Assembly (NCBI GenBank): GCA_965140705.1
Contig: OZ223300.1
Span: 960,001-1,024,000, forward strand
Origin: an uncultured Arcobacter sp.
GTDB lineage: Bacteria > Campylobacterota > Campylobacteria > Campylobacterales > Arcobacteraceae
Length of the DNA: 64,000 nt
Direction: 5' to 3'
Positions 43,802 to 53,736 of the stretch are shown in pieces; positions within the stretch are counted from its first letter, which is position 1; the number at the start of each line of letters is the position of its first letter. The notes under the pieces were generated by a model that was not told the origin of the DNA, made no database searches, and was given only the letters and a program-made list of their open reading frames with translations. A program made the position numbers and the translations under genes.

Positions 43802-44198
43802 TCTCTTTTTTGCCTTTTCTCTCTCGAAAACATCCAAGTTGGCAGTGGGTTACTTTTATATCTGAAGCTTTTACTGTGGACCCAACTCTTCTTAGCGTTG
43901 AGTTTCTTGCTTCATCCCATAAGATTTTGCACTCTACTTTTTTATCATATGCAAAGTTACGACTTAGGCTATTGTAAATATTTTCTTCGAAATCTTTGAA
44001 TTCTAGTTTTCCAAAAACTCCCAGTTCACAATTTGTTATTTTGACATTTATGCTTTTACAAGCTTCTGACATTTGTATTGGTTTTACCCCAATCAACCTT
44101 GCAACTTTAAATGCTTTTAAACAAGATAGTTTCCCATCTTCATCTAAGTTAGTTAATACAAGGTCTTTTTGTGTCTCATCCAATTGGAATTTAGACAT
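43794..44198 (-). CDS. Small protein with two tandem C-x(n)-C(E/Q)LGxF repeats
   Basis: Internal repeat: KLSC...KITNCELGVF and KVEC...KVTHCQLGCF. Confidence 0.65.
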   Translation of the reverse strand: MSKFQLDETQKDLVLTNLDEDGKLSCLKAFKVARLIGVKPIQMSEACKSINVKITNCELGVFGKLEFKDFEENIYNSLSRNFAYDKKVECKILWDEARNSTLRRVGSTVKASDIKVTHCQLGCFRERKGKKENA

Positions 44199-45021
44199 TA
44201 ATTCTTCCGGAATGTGTATATATATTCATCTTTTTATTTCTTGCAAAACCAATTAATGTGATTCCATGTTCATTGGCAGCTTTTAATCCTTGAAAAGTTA
44301 CGGCAGCTTTTGATACAACTATTGGAATTTTGTGCATTACACATTTTACAACCATCTCCATAGATAGTCTTCCACTTGCATATAAAACTGATTTTTTGAT
44401 ATCTTTATGATTCATTGAAGCTAGACCCACAACTTTATCAATAGCATTGTGTCGTCCAATATCCTCAGATGTAAAAATTGTACCATCTTCTAAAATAAGT
44501 TCAGCTTTATGTACACAACCTGTATTCTCAAAAAGCTCACTAGGTGTGTTGAATTTTCTCATATTAGTTAAAATATCTTTTGCATTTACACTATACTTTG
44601 TATTTACAAAGGCACATTCAAAACTTTTATCTGCATTTCCAGTTACCCCAACACAACAACCAGAAGTAAGTGTTTTTTCTTTGAAAAGATTTGCATATCC
44701 ATCTTGACTTATAGTTGCATTGATATTAACTTTTAATCCATCTTCTGAAATAGATATATCTTTTACATCATCATAACTTTTTATAACGGCTTCACTTAGT
44801 AAAAATCCAACAATGTGTGCATCTTGATCTTGAGCGATAGTCATTACAGAAAGAAATTTTTCGTCATTTAGAAAAAACTCTACTCGCTCTTCTTTTATAA
44901 CATTGTCTTCAATTAATTCAATCCCATTTTCATCAAACCTTTCTATGACTACTTCTTTACAGAAGTCACTAAAACTTTGAGGAAAAAGGGAGAAGTTTTC
45001 ACTTCTCATAGGCGTTGTCAT
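44191..45021 (-). CDS. fdhD: Formate dehydrogenase accessory sulfurtransferase
   Basis: TSGCCVG, TGCVH, EDIGRHNAIDK, SGRLS.EM. Confidence 0.93.
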   Translation of the reverse strand: MTTPMRSENFSLFPQSFSDFCKEVVIERFDENGIELIEDNVIKEERVEFFLNDEKFLSVMTIAQDQDAHIVGFLLSEAVIKSYDDVKDISISEDGLKVNINATISQDGYANLFKEKTLTSGCCVGVTGNADKSFECAFVNTKYSVNAKDILTNMRKFNTPSELFENTGCVHKAELILEDGTIFTSEDIGRHNAIDKVVGLASMNHKDIKKSVLYASGRLSMEMVVKCVMHKIPIVVSKAAVTFQGLKAANEHGITLIGFARNKKMNIYTHSGRINV

Positions 45022-45025
45022 GCCA

Positions 45026-45976
45026 TTATCCTTTTTTGTTTTCTAAATCTTCTAAAATGTCAGGAGCAAGTTGTTCTAAATGCTCTCTTGGATATTTACC
45101 AGTAATTAAACCTTTAAAATTTCCTTTAACAGCAACTAAAACAGAATATACAAAGTCCAATAAGAAGAACATAATTAATACACTAGCACCAAAGTGTAAG
45201 TATATTAAAGCTCTTTTGAGTTGGATATATTGAGCATTAGTATAAGCATCTGGATCAATGTACCAAATAATACCACCACTAATTGCTAATCCTGCACCCA
45301 TTGCTACAAATGCTATAAAAACTACCCTTTTCATAGGCTTAAATTTACCTGGAAGAATAATCTTTTTAACAATACTATTTTTTATCAAAAGTTTTGCATC
45401 TTTAAAAGCTATAATTGTCATTGTAAACCAAAGAGGTATCCAAACTAAACCAGTAACCTCATGGGTTCCTCTTAATATATAAGGAATATAACCACCACCA
45501 CTTCTTAAACTCCAAGTGATATTAAATCCAGTAATAATAAGAGTTATAATAATAACAACATTTAACCAAATAACAACTCTATGAAATAAAGAGAATACTT
45601 TAACTTGGTCATTAGGATTTGTAATAACTGCACTTTTTCTTCCATAAAAAGCATACATGAAACAAAAAATTGCAATTTCACCACAAAAAACCCACCAAAT
45701 ATAAAGCTGTCTTTCATTACTTGCTCTGATTATTTCAGGAGCAATTGATTCATAATTTGGCCCAAATGCAGCATCAACCATAGCCTTATAAGTAGAAGAG
45801 GGAGGAGTTAAAACTCCATCCACATTTCCACCCGTGATAACATGGATAGAATATCTAATTAAGTAATCCCAATCCATAATCATGAGATACTTAACAAATA
45901 TAAATCCAACAATTGATAGCCCAAGAAGTGTAAGAATATAAGCTTTGTTTCTACTATAAAATGAGCTATTTTCCAT
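45026..45976 (-). CDS. fdhC: Divergent FDH cytochrome b (gamma)-like membrane subunit with only two of four heme His ligands
   Basis: Aligns with the 52221 paralog; follows fdhB. Confidence 0.75.
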   Translation of the reverse strand: MENSSFYSRNKAYILTLLGLSIVGFIFVKYLMIMDWDYLIRYSIHVITGGNVDGVLTPPSSTYKAMVDAAFGPNYESIAPEIIRASNERQLYIWWVFCGEIAIFCFMYAFYGRKSAVITNPNDQVKVFSLFHRVVIWLNVVIIITLIITGFNITWSLRSGGGYIPYILRGTHEVTGLVWIPLWFTMTIIAFKDAKLLIKNSIVKKIILPGKFKPMKRVVFIAFVAMGAGLAISGGIIWYIDPDAYTNAQYIQLKRALIYLHFGASVLIMFFLLDFVYSVLVAVKGNFKGLITGKYPREHLEQLAPDILEDLENKKG

Positions 45977-45985
45977 TATTTATCC

Positions 45986-46582
45986 TTACCAACCATATGA
46001 TTCAGTTGCGATACCTTTACCTTTGAAAGTAGCTCTATAAGTTTTAATTAAAGCAACTTCATCAGCATCACCAACAAGTAAAGCTTTAGTAGAACACATT
46101 GCTGCACACATTGGAACTTTACCTTCACTAATTCTATTTTGACCATATTTTTCAAACTCTTCATGAGAGTTAGTCTCTTCAGGACCACCAGCACACATAG
46201 TACATTTATCCATTTTACCTTTTGTACCAAATGCACCATCTTTTGGAAATTGAGGAGCACCAAATGGACAAGCAAATAAACAATATCCACAACCAATACA
46301 AATGTCTTTATTATGTAAAACAATACCATCTGTTCTTATATAAAAACAATCAGTAGGACAAACTTGTTGACAAGGTGCATCAGCACAATGCATACAAGCC
46401 ATAGAAATAGAGATCTCTTTTCCTACAATACCTTCATTTACAGTAACTACTTTTCTTCTATTAACCCCAACTGGAACTTCGTGTGCTTCTTTACAAGCAA
46501 CAACACATCCATTACAGTCGATACAAAGATTTTCATCACAGTAAAATTTCATTCTTGAAAAATCTACATTATTATTACTCAT
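45986..46582 (-). CDS. fdhB: FDH iron-sulfur subunit (operon 1)
   Basis: Four Cys groups (CIDCNGC, CMHC..C, CIGCGYC, CTMC); AGGAG SD before ATG 46582. Confidence 0.93.
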   Translation of the reverse strand: MSNNNVDFSRMKFYCDENLCIDCNGCVVACKEAHEVPVGVNRRKVVTVNEGIVGKEISISMACMHCADAPCQQVCPTDCFYIRTDGIVLHNKDICIGCGYCLFACPFGAPQFPKDGAFGTKGKMDKCTMCAGGPEETNSHEEFEKYGQNRISEGKVPMCAAMCSTKALLVGDADEVALIKTYRATFKGKGIATESYGW

Positions 46583-46592
46583 TTTGTATCTC

Positions 46593-49394
46593 CTATGCTC
46601 TTTCAATTCTTACAAGAGAACATTTAGTCTCAGGACAAGAAGTTTGTTGGTCAAAACCGTAACTTGTAACTTGGTTAGAACTTTCCCCACTTCCATAAGG
46701 AGCAGTTTTATCAGGATATCTTCCTAAAAGACTTTCACCTTGCCAAACACCTGAGAAGTTTTGTGGTAAGAATACTGATTTTTCATCAACTCTATGAGAG
46801 TATTTACATTTTATTCTTATTTTTCCTTCACCAGTCCCATAAACCCACATCATTTCACCATCTTTAATACCAAGTTTTCCTGCAAGATTTGGATGAAGCT
46901 CACCATACATTTCAGGAGCTAGTTCAGATAGATATTTTGATGCTCTTGTTTCTGTTCCTGAACCCATGTGTTCAACAATTCTTCCTGAAACAATATTGAT
47001 TGGATAATTTTTTACCCAAACTTGTGCATCTTGCTCAGTTTTATATCTAACATTAGTTCTAAAGTGATTTGGGATATCTTTAACAGCTGGATATCTTTTC
47101 ACTAAATCAGGTCTAAATGAGTGTAATGGTTCTCTATGTTTTGGAATATGATCAATAAAGTTCCAAACAATAGCTCTAGCTCTTGCATTTCCATAAGGTG
47201 CAAGTCCAGCAGCGATTGCATATTTATTTAAAATACCACTATCATCAGTTTTCCAGTTTTTACCTTCAACAGCTTTTTTCTCAGCATCAGTTAATTTAAC
47301 CCCTGCTAATTCTTCGATATTTTTATATGTAATCTCAGCATATCCACCATTGATTCTACTTCCTTTAGGAGCTGAACCTTTAGCTGATAATAAGTTTACA
47401 CCATCTCTTTCTAAACCAAATCTATTTCTAAATCCCATACCACCTTGAGCAACAGGAATATTAATGTTGTATAAAACTGGGCTTCCTGGATGAGTTTCAG
47501 TCCAACAAGGCCAAGGTAATCCATAATATTCTTTCTCAACTGGTCCTCTTCCTTTTAATGAAGTAGACTCAAATAAGTGCCAATTTTCAGTATGTTTTTT
47601 AATTCTAGCTGCAGTTCGTCCTTGCATACCAATAGTTTTTAAACTTCTAGCAATTTCATCTGTAGCATCTTCAGGCCATTTAAATTTATTACCTTTACCC
47701 ATACCAGCAATATATTGATCATAAAATCCTAATCTTTTTGCAAAGTCAAATAAGATATCTTGATCTTCTCTTGCTTCATATAGAGGTTCAATTACTTTAG
47801 TTCTCCATTGTGCACTTCTTGCCGTATTTACAACTGTTCCTTCTGTTTCAACTTGTGTAGAAGCAGGTAGTAAGAATAAGTTATCTTTTCTTGTTGTAAT
47901 AACAGCGGCATCATTTACAAATGGATCTATAAATACAACCATTTCTAATTTATCTAATGCTTCTTTTACTTTATGTGTTTGAGTAATAGTAGAAATACCA
48001 TTACCAATACAAACTAAAGCTTTAATTGGAGTATCAGCATTATTCTTTTCATTTTCTTTATCTAAAACACCATGAATCCAAAGCCCAAGACTAAACCCTT
48101 TAGCTTCCATCATCTCTTTAGTTTTAAATCTTCCTTTTAGCCATTCATAATCAACATTCCATTGTTTTGCAAAATATTTCCAAGACCCTTCACTTAGTCC
48201 ATAATATCCTGGAAGTGTATCAGCTAAACATCCTAAGTCTGTTGACCCTTGAACATTATCATGACCTCTTAAAATGTTACATCCACCACCTGGTTTACCT
48301 AAGTTACCAAGAGATAATTGCATAATTGACCCAAGTCTTGTATTTGAAGAACCGATTGTATGTTGTGTCCAACCTTGATTCCAAATCAAACATCCAGGAT
48401 CAGCTGTTGCAAATGCAGTTGCAGCTTGAATAAGAAGTTCTTTTGGACATCCCGTTATATCTTCAACGTGCTCAGGAGTATACTCTTCACACTCTTTGAA
48501 AATATCGTCCATTCCATAAACTCTGTCAGCAATAAATGATTCATCATACCATTTATTCTCACGAATTAATCTAATAATTCCATACAAAAATGCGATATCT
48601 GTACCTGTTCTAATTCGACAGTAAAGATCACTTTTTGCAGCAGTTTTTGTAAATCTAGGATCTACAACAATGATTTTTGCCCCATTTAACTGTTTAGCTT
48701 TTAATATATGCTGCATAGCAATAGGATGGTTAGAAGCAGGATTTGCTCCAAAAATAATAATAGCTTTCGAGTTTTGCATATCACCTATATGATTTGTCAT
48801 AGCTCCATATCCCCACGTATTTGCCACACCGGCAACTGTTGGACTATGTCAAATTCTAGCTTGGTGATCTATGTTATTTGTTCCAAACATAGCTGCAAAT
48901 TTTCTAATATAGAAAGCTTGCTCATTACTTACTTTTGCTGAACCTATAAATTGAACTGAATCTGGTCCAAATTTATCTCTAAGTGCCATTAGTTTATCAC
49001 TAACTTTACTCATAGCATCATCCCAAGAAAGTCTATTCCAAGTACCATTTGATTTTTCGATTGGATATTGTAATCTATTTGTTGTTCTTACTTTATCAAT
49101 CATATCAGCACCTTTACAACAGTGCCCCCCGTGACTTATTGGATGGTCTTGAGCAACTTCTTGTCTAACCCACACCCCGTTTTGTACTTCAGCAATAACA
49201 CCACATCCTACTGAACAATGCGAACAGATAGTTTTTATAAGTTTTGAACCAGGATAAGGATTTCTAATTTCCTCTTCACTAGCATTTCTTAATACTTTAT
49301 CCGTACTTGCAAAGGCAGATGTTGCTGTTACAGCTGTAGCAAGAGAAGCCATTTTTAAAAAACTTCTTCTTCCAAAGCTCTTAAGCATTTGCAT
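46593..49394 (-). CDS. fdhA: Selenocysteine formate dehydrogenase alpha subunit (operon 1), 933 aa, Sec at UGA 48851-48849
   Basis: Tat signal GRRSFLK, CSHCSVGC, DHQARI-U-HSPT read-through joins two in-frame ORFs, RGHDNVQG. Confidence 0.93.
48821..48835 (-). promoter_or_regulatory. SECIS hairpin core
   Basis: TTGCC-GGTGT-GGCAA, 13 nt after the UGA. Confidence 0.8.
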
Positions 49395-49408
49395 TTTATC
49401 TCCTTTTG

Positions 49409-49633
49409 TTATTTTGCAGCTTTATAAAATTCATTCCAAGCTGCTGTTTTTTTGTAAAGAATTTCTTTTTTCTTCGCTCGACCGGTAACAACACCATTTC
49501 CGGCGTTACTTCCATCACCACGATCTCTATTTTCAGAAGTCGCAGCAGTAGCAGCAACTGAACCTGCAAGAACTGTTGCTGCAATTCCAGCTCGTTTGAT
49601 GAAATTACGTCTTTGATTTAATTCATCCGCCAT
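49409..49633 (-). CDS. Small Tat-signal protein of FDH operons
   Basis: QRRNFIK, C-terminal KKEILY..W..FYKA shared with the 56597 paralog. Confidence 0.85.
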   Translation of the reverse strand: MADELNQRRNFIKRAGIAATVLAGSVAATAATSENRDRGDGSNAGNGVVTGRAKKKEILYKKTAAWNEFYKAAK

Positions 49634-49660
49634 GATAACTCCTTTTTTTTATTTGGGTAA

Positions 49661-49702
49661 AAAGCCCCCTTAAAAATTTCACAAAATCTTTAAGGGGACT
49701 TT
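49661..49702 (-). promoter_or_regulatory. Strong intra-operon hairpin (stabiliser or attenuator)
   Basis: AAAGTCCCCTTAAAGATTT-TGTG-AAATTTTTAAGGGGGCTTT. Confidence 0.6.
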
Positions 49703-49712
49703 CTAGCCTCTC

Positions 49713-50324
49713 TTACTTATTGGGCTTTTCTATATCTAAATAAGTTCTTTCAAAGTTACAAATATTTCCTAAAATAATTCCAGCTGGAGCATATATAGGA
49801 TTATTTGATGCTATCAATTTATAAAATAATTCATCACAATATGGATTAATAACTTCTTTAAATAACTCTTTTTGTAAATTTTCTTTTATCTCATTTGCTA
49901 TTTGTTGCTCTATTAAATAGGTACTTAATGTAAAAATAAATCCATAATGATCTTCTGGTGCAGTAAAAGCTTTTTCATCTTTTCTAATTTTTGTTTTAGC
50001 TAAAATATCTCTCACTTTTAATTGCATATAACCACCTTCTCTCTCTTCGTGGTACCAAGAAGCACTTAAAGACACGAAAGTATCAAATGGCACAATAAAA
50101 AGTTCTTGAAATTGTCTATAAATTTTTTCATTCCCATTCTCTTTTAAGTACTCTAGAATCTCAACTGCTGCTTTTCTAACATCTTCATCAAAAGAGTTAT
50201 TTGATAGTATCTCAAGATTTTCAACTATTTGTTCTGTTTTATTTTTAGAGTACTCTTCTACAAATAACAAAGATAATAAGTTATATAAAAAAAGTCTTGC
50301 TTTATCTATTTCTAAATTATGCAT
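49713..50324 (-). CDS. TorD/DmsD-family chaperone (operon 1)
   Basis: SASWY, PEDH. Confidence 0.85.
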   Translation of the reverse strand: MHNLEIDKARLFLYNLLSLLFVEEYSKNKTEQIVENLEILSNNSFDEDVRKAAVEILEYLKENGNEKIYRQFQELFIVPFDTFVSLSASWYHEEREGGYMQLKVRDILAKTKIRKDEKAFTAPEDHYGFIFTLSTYLIEQQIANEIKENLQKELFKEVINPYCDELFYKLIASNNPIYAPAGIILGNICNFERTYLDIEKPNK

Positions 50325-51990
50325 CTAATAATCCTTGTTTTATCATAAGTTTTGCTTTACAATCTTCACAACAATATAATGTTCTTTGTTTTACTGGATT
50401 TGAAGCAAATAGGGGACTCATAATCGCTGCAATTTTTTCAATAGCTTTTGTTGTAGCAAACTCTTTACCACACTCAACACAGGCAAATAGCTCATCTTGT
50501 GCTAAAATTTCTTCTGTAAACCAAGTTTTATTTAAGTGAATTACATCTGATTCAATGCTAATACAATCAGCTTCTGGACAGGTAACTAAACAGTAACCAC
50601 ATGATGTACATAAACTTGAATTTATTCTAAGTGTATTGTCTCTGGCATCGGCTACTAATGCATCGACGTTACAGGCTCCCACACATGATAAACACAAAGT
50701 ACAGTTTGGTTCATTTACTTGAATTTTTCCATAATGAACAAATTCTCCAGTTTTAACTGTCCCTAAATCATCATCACCTACTATGTGTTTTAATCTAATA
50801 GCAAAGATTTCTCTTTTTTTAGAACTTGTATGATTAAATGTAAATCTTGAGTTTTCTATTAGGTCTACTTCTTTTAAAGCTTCACTTAATTCCTCTTCAT
50901 TTGCTGCAACTATTACAGCATCTTTTGAGTATTTTTTTTGATAGATTTGATTGATTATTTCAATAGCATTTTTTGTTCCTTTTGATAAAAAGTCACTATA
51001 AAAAATAACTTGTGAACCTGACTCTTGTGCTATTGTTATAAACATTGATTCATCTAAGAATTTTTCACCATCAATTGCAAATGGCAGAACATTTTCTTTT
51101 AAATCTATAGATAAATTTTCCATATTCATTTTATTTGGAATGATTAATGGAATCTTTCCATTATAAAATTTTGAAATTTCATAAATAGAAGTTCTTGACA
51201 TTGGTGTATATTCAAGTGAACCTGAAGGACAAATACTAATACATCCTCCACAACCAAGACAATCAACCATAGAAAAAGATAGAGTTTTTGTTTTATCATC
51301 TTTTGTTATTGCAACTGTTGGACAAACATCTTCACATCTTGAACAAATTTCTTCTCTTCTTTCATGATATTGACAAATAGATGAATCATAAGTTATGAAT
51401 TTTCTATACTCATAGCTTTCAATATTATCTTTTAATTGTTTGATTACTTCATCTAAACTTGAAAGGTTTGGGTCAAAGGTTCCACTTTGTTTTAAACCTT
51501 CTTCTTTTGCATCAAACCATACAATTTGAGAAACATTTAAAGTAACATCTTTCCCTTCATCATCAACTACAACACTTAAGTTTCCTATATGCCCAGAAAT
51601 AGATTTTAAAATATCTGTTGTTATATAAAATAAATTAAAATCTTCATTCAAGGTCTTTTCTACAAAGTTTTTATACTCTTCTTCATTATTTGCTATTAAT
51701 AAAACTTCATTATTTAATTCTTGATTATAAGAAATATCTTGTGATAAATCATACTTCGTAGCTGCTATTTCATAAAGAGTTGATACATTTTCGATTTTAT
51801 TTGATAAAGAATCTTTAGAGTTTTTGATATAAAAATCTACTTCTTTTGCAGTTAATTCACTTTTGATAAGTGGACTGTTAGATATTAAAAAGTTTGATTT
51901 TGCACCATCTTCTATATTTGACGTTACAAAAATCTCCTCACTAATTGGGAAATCCAATCCATTTGGATTATAATAAATAAATTCTTGCAT
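50317..51990 (-). CDS. FDH-associated poly-4Fe-4S protein
   Basis: CSRCEDVCP, CLGCGGCISICP, CTLCLSCVGAC, CTSCGYCLVTCP, CVECG..CCEDC. Confidence 0.85.
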   Translation of the reverse strand: MQEFIYYNPNGLDFPISEEIFVTSNIEDGAKSNFLISNSPLIKSELTAKEVDFYIKNSKDSLSNKIENVSTLYEIAATKYDLSQDISYNQELNNEVLLIANNEEEYKNFVEKTLNEDFNLFYITTDILKSISGHIGNLSVVVDDEGKDVTLNVSQIVWFDAKEEGLKQSGTFDPNLSSLDEVIKQLKDNIESYEYRKFITYDSSICQYHERREEICSRCEDVCPTVAITKDDKTKTLSFSMVDCLGCGGCISICPSGSLEYTPMSRTSIYEISKFYNGKIPLIIPNKMNMENLSIDLKENVLPFAIDGEKFLDESMFITIAQESGSQVIFYSDFLSKGTKNAIEIINQIYQKKYSKDAVIVAANEEELSEALKEVDLIENSRFTFNHTSSKKREIFAIRLKHIVGDDDLGTVKTGEFVHYGKIQVNEPNCTLCLSCVGACNVDALVADARDNTLRINSSLCTSCGYCLVTCPEADCISIESDVIHLNKTWFTEEILAQDELFACVECGKEFATTKAIEKIAAIMSPLFASNPVKQRTLYCCEDCKAKLMIKQGLLDA

Positions 51991-52192
51991 AAACTATGCC
52001 CTTTTGGTTAAATATATATCTAATTTTATAAGCATATACTTAATTTATACTTAAATAGTTAATTAATTTTTACCGATAAGTATATGTGCTACAATTGGTT
52101 AATGTTTTATTTGTTTTTTAATAAATGAGATAAATTAAAGAAGTTTAGAATATATGAATAGATAAATATTAGTAATTATTTTATGAAGTTAT

Positions 52193-52223
52193 TAAGTAAT
52201 CTTCTAAAAAAGAAGATTACTTA
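52193..52223 (-). terminator. Terminator hairpin closing FDH operon 2
   Basis: TAAGTAATCTTCT-N5-AGAAGATTACTTA at the fdhC stop codon. Confidence 0.65.
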
Positions 52224-53120
52224 TATTTTTTTTTCTTTTTTCAAATCTTTATAGAAAGTGCTGTGAAGTATCTCTACTTCTTCTTCTTCTTTAAATCCAG
52301 TTATTATTGAATGAATTGCACCTTTAATTGCGAAAACAGACATATAAACATGGGTGAAGAATAGTGCTGCAACTGCCATCCCAAATACATTATGAACAAT
52401 TGCTGATAATCTTAGAAAATCAATTTGTGATAATCCCATAGATGTTACTATTCCAAGTTTAAAATCTTGAAAATACATTACTGCACCAGTTACAATCATA
52501 ACGATTCCACCTAAAGTACATATCCAAAACCACATTTTTTGTCCTGCATTAAATCTTCCAGCTGGGATAGGGTCTTTTCTTTTATTTAAATATCCACCAA
52601 GTATCATCAGCCATTTTATATCATCTGAAGTTGGTAACATATCTTTAAACCACATTATCAACATTGGTAGTACTGCTATTGCAAAAAATGGTGTTGAAAT
52701 GGCATGTAACTCTTTTGCTACTCGTACAAATTGTCCACCACCAAAAGTTGAACCAAATATCATAATAAATCCAGTAGGAATTAAAACGATAAATGAAAAG
52801 CCTGCTATCCAATGAATTAGTCTATGAAACATAGTAAATACATAGATTTTTTTTCTATCATGGGCAAAAATCATTGGTCCAATAATATAGTAATGAATTG
52901 AAAATACTGCTGGAACCCCTAATAAAATTGCTAAAAATACAATAGAAAAATATTTATCTTGTAATACTGTAAATAGTGCTCCTAAATGTAATGTTCCCTC
53001 TCTATTGTAAGCTAAAATATTAGCTACTAAATCTTTCCCAAAAATAGCACTTTGGGTATCAGCAGCAAATGCTATACCTGAAAGTGCTATGATTAAGATT
53101 ATTATATTTTTTATTTTCAT
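52221..53120 (-). CDS. fdhC: FDH diheme cytochrome b gamma subunit (operon 2), canonical
   Basis: RLIHW, ELH, GRFNAGQK, VH-x13-H; start probably ATG 53120. Confidence 0.92.
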   Translation of the reverse strand: MKIKNIIILIIALSGIAFAADTQSAIFGKDLVANILAYNREGTLHLGALFTVLQDKYFSIVFLAILLGVPAVFSIHYYIIGPMIFAHDRKKIYVFTMFHRLIHWIAGFSFIVLIPTGFIMIFGSTFGGGQFVRVAKELHAISTPFFAIAVLPMLIMWFKDMLPTSDDIKWLMILGGYLNKRKDPIPAGRFNAGQKMWFWICTLGGIVMIVTGAVMYFQDFKLGIVTSMGLSQIDFLRLSAIVHNVFGMAVAALFFTHVYMSVFAIKGAIHSIITGFKEEEEVEILHSTFYKDLKKEKKI

Positions 53121-53133
53121 AATAATTCTTTCT

Positions 53134-53733
53134 CTATACTTTGTAAGAAGACCAAGCTTTAGAATCGAGGTTGTGATTGTGTCCTCTTGATAAAACTCTT
53201 TTTCTAAAGATTTCTGAAACTTTTTCGGCATCTCCTACTAAAAGTGCATTTGTAGAACATACTGATGCACATAAAGGAACTTTACCTTCGGCAATTCTAT
53301 TTTGACCATAAAGTTCTCTCTCTTCTTTTGAGTTAGTCTCTTCTGGACCACCTGCACACATTGTACATTTATCCATTTCACCTTTTGTACCAAAGGCTCC
53401 ATCCCTTGGAAATTGTGGGGCTCCAAAAGGGCAAGCATATAAACAATACCCACATCCTATACATTTGTGTTTATCATGCAGTACTATTCCATCTTCTCTT
53501 ATATAGAAACAATCAACTGGACACACCTTTTCACAAGGTGCATCTGTACAGTGCATACAAGCAATAGATAAAGAGTATTCTAATCCTTCGATACCTTCAT
53601 CTATTGTAATAACTTTTCTTCTACTAATACCAGTTGGTAATTCATGAGCTTCAGAGCAACCTACAGTACAAGCAAAACATTCAATACATCTATCTTCATC
53701 ACAATAGAATTTCATTCTAGCCATTTCACTCAT
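53134..53733 (-). CDS. fdhB: FDH iron-sulfur subunit (operon 2)
   Basis: Four Cys groups; close paralog of the 45986 gene. Confidence 0.93.
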   Translation of the reverse strand: MSEMARMKFYCDEDRCIECFACTVGCSEAHELPTGISRRKVITIDEGIEGLEYSLSIACMHCTDAPCEKVCPVDCFYIREDGIVLHDKHKCIGCGYCLYACPFGAPQFPRDGAFGTKGEMDKCTMCAGGPEETNSKEERELYGQNRIAEGKVPLCASVCSTNALLVGDAEKVSEIFRKRVLSRGHNHNLDSKAWSSYKV

Positions 53734-53736
53734 CTT

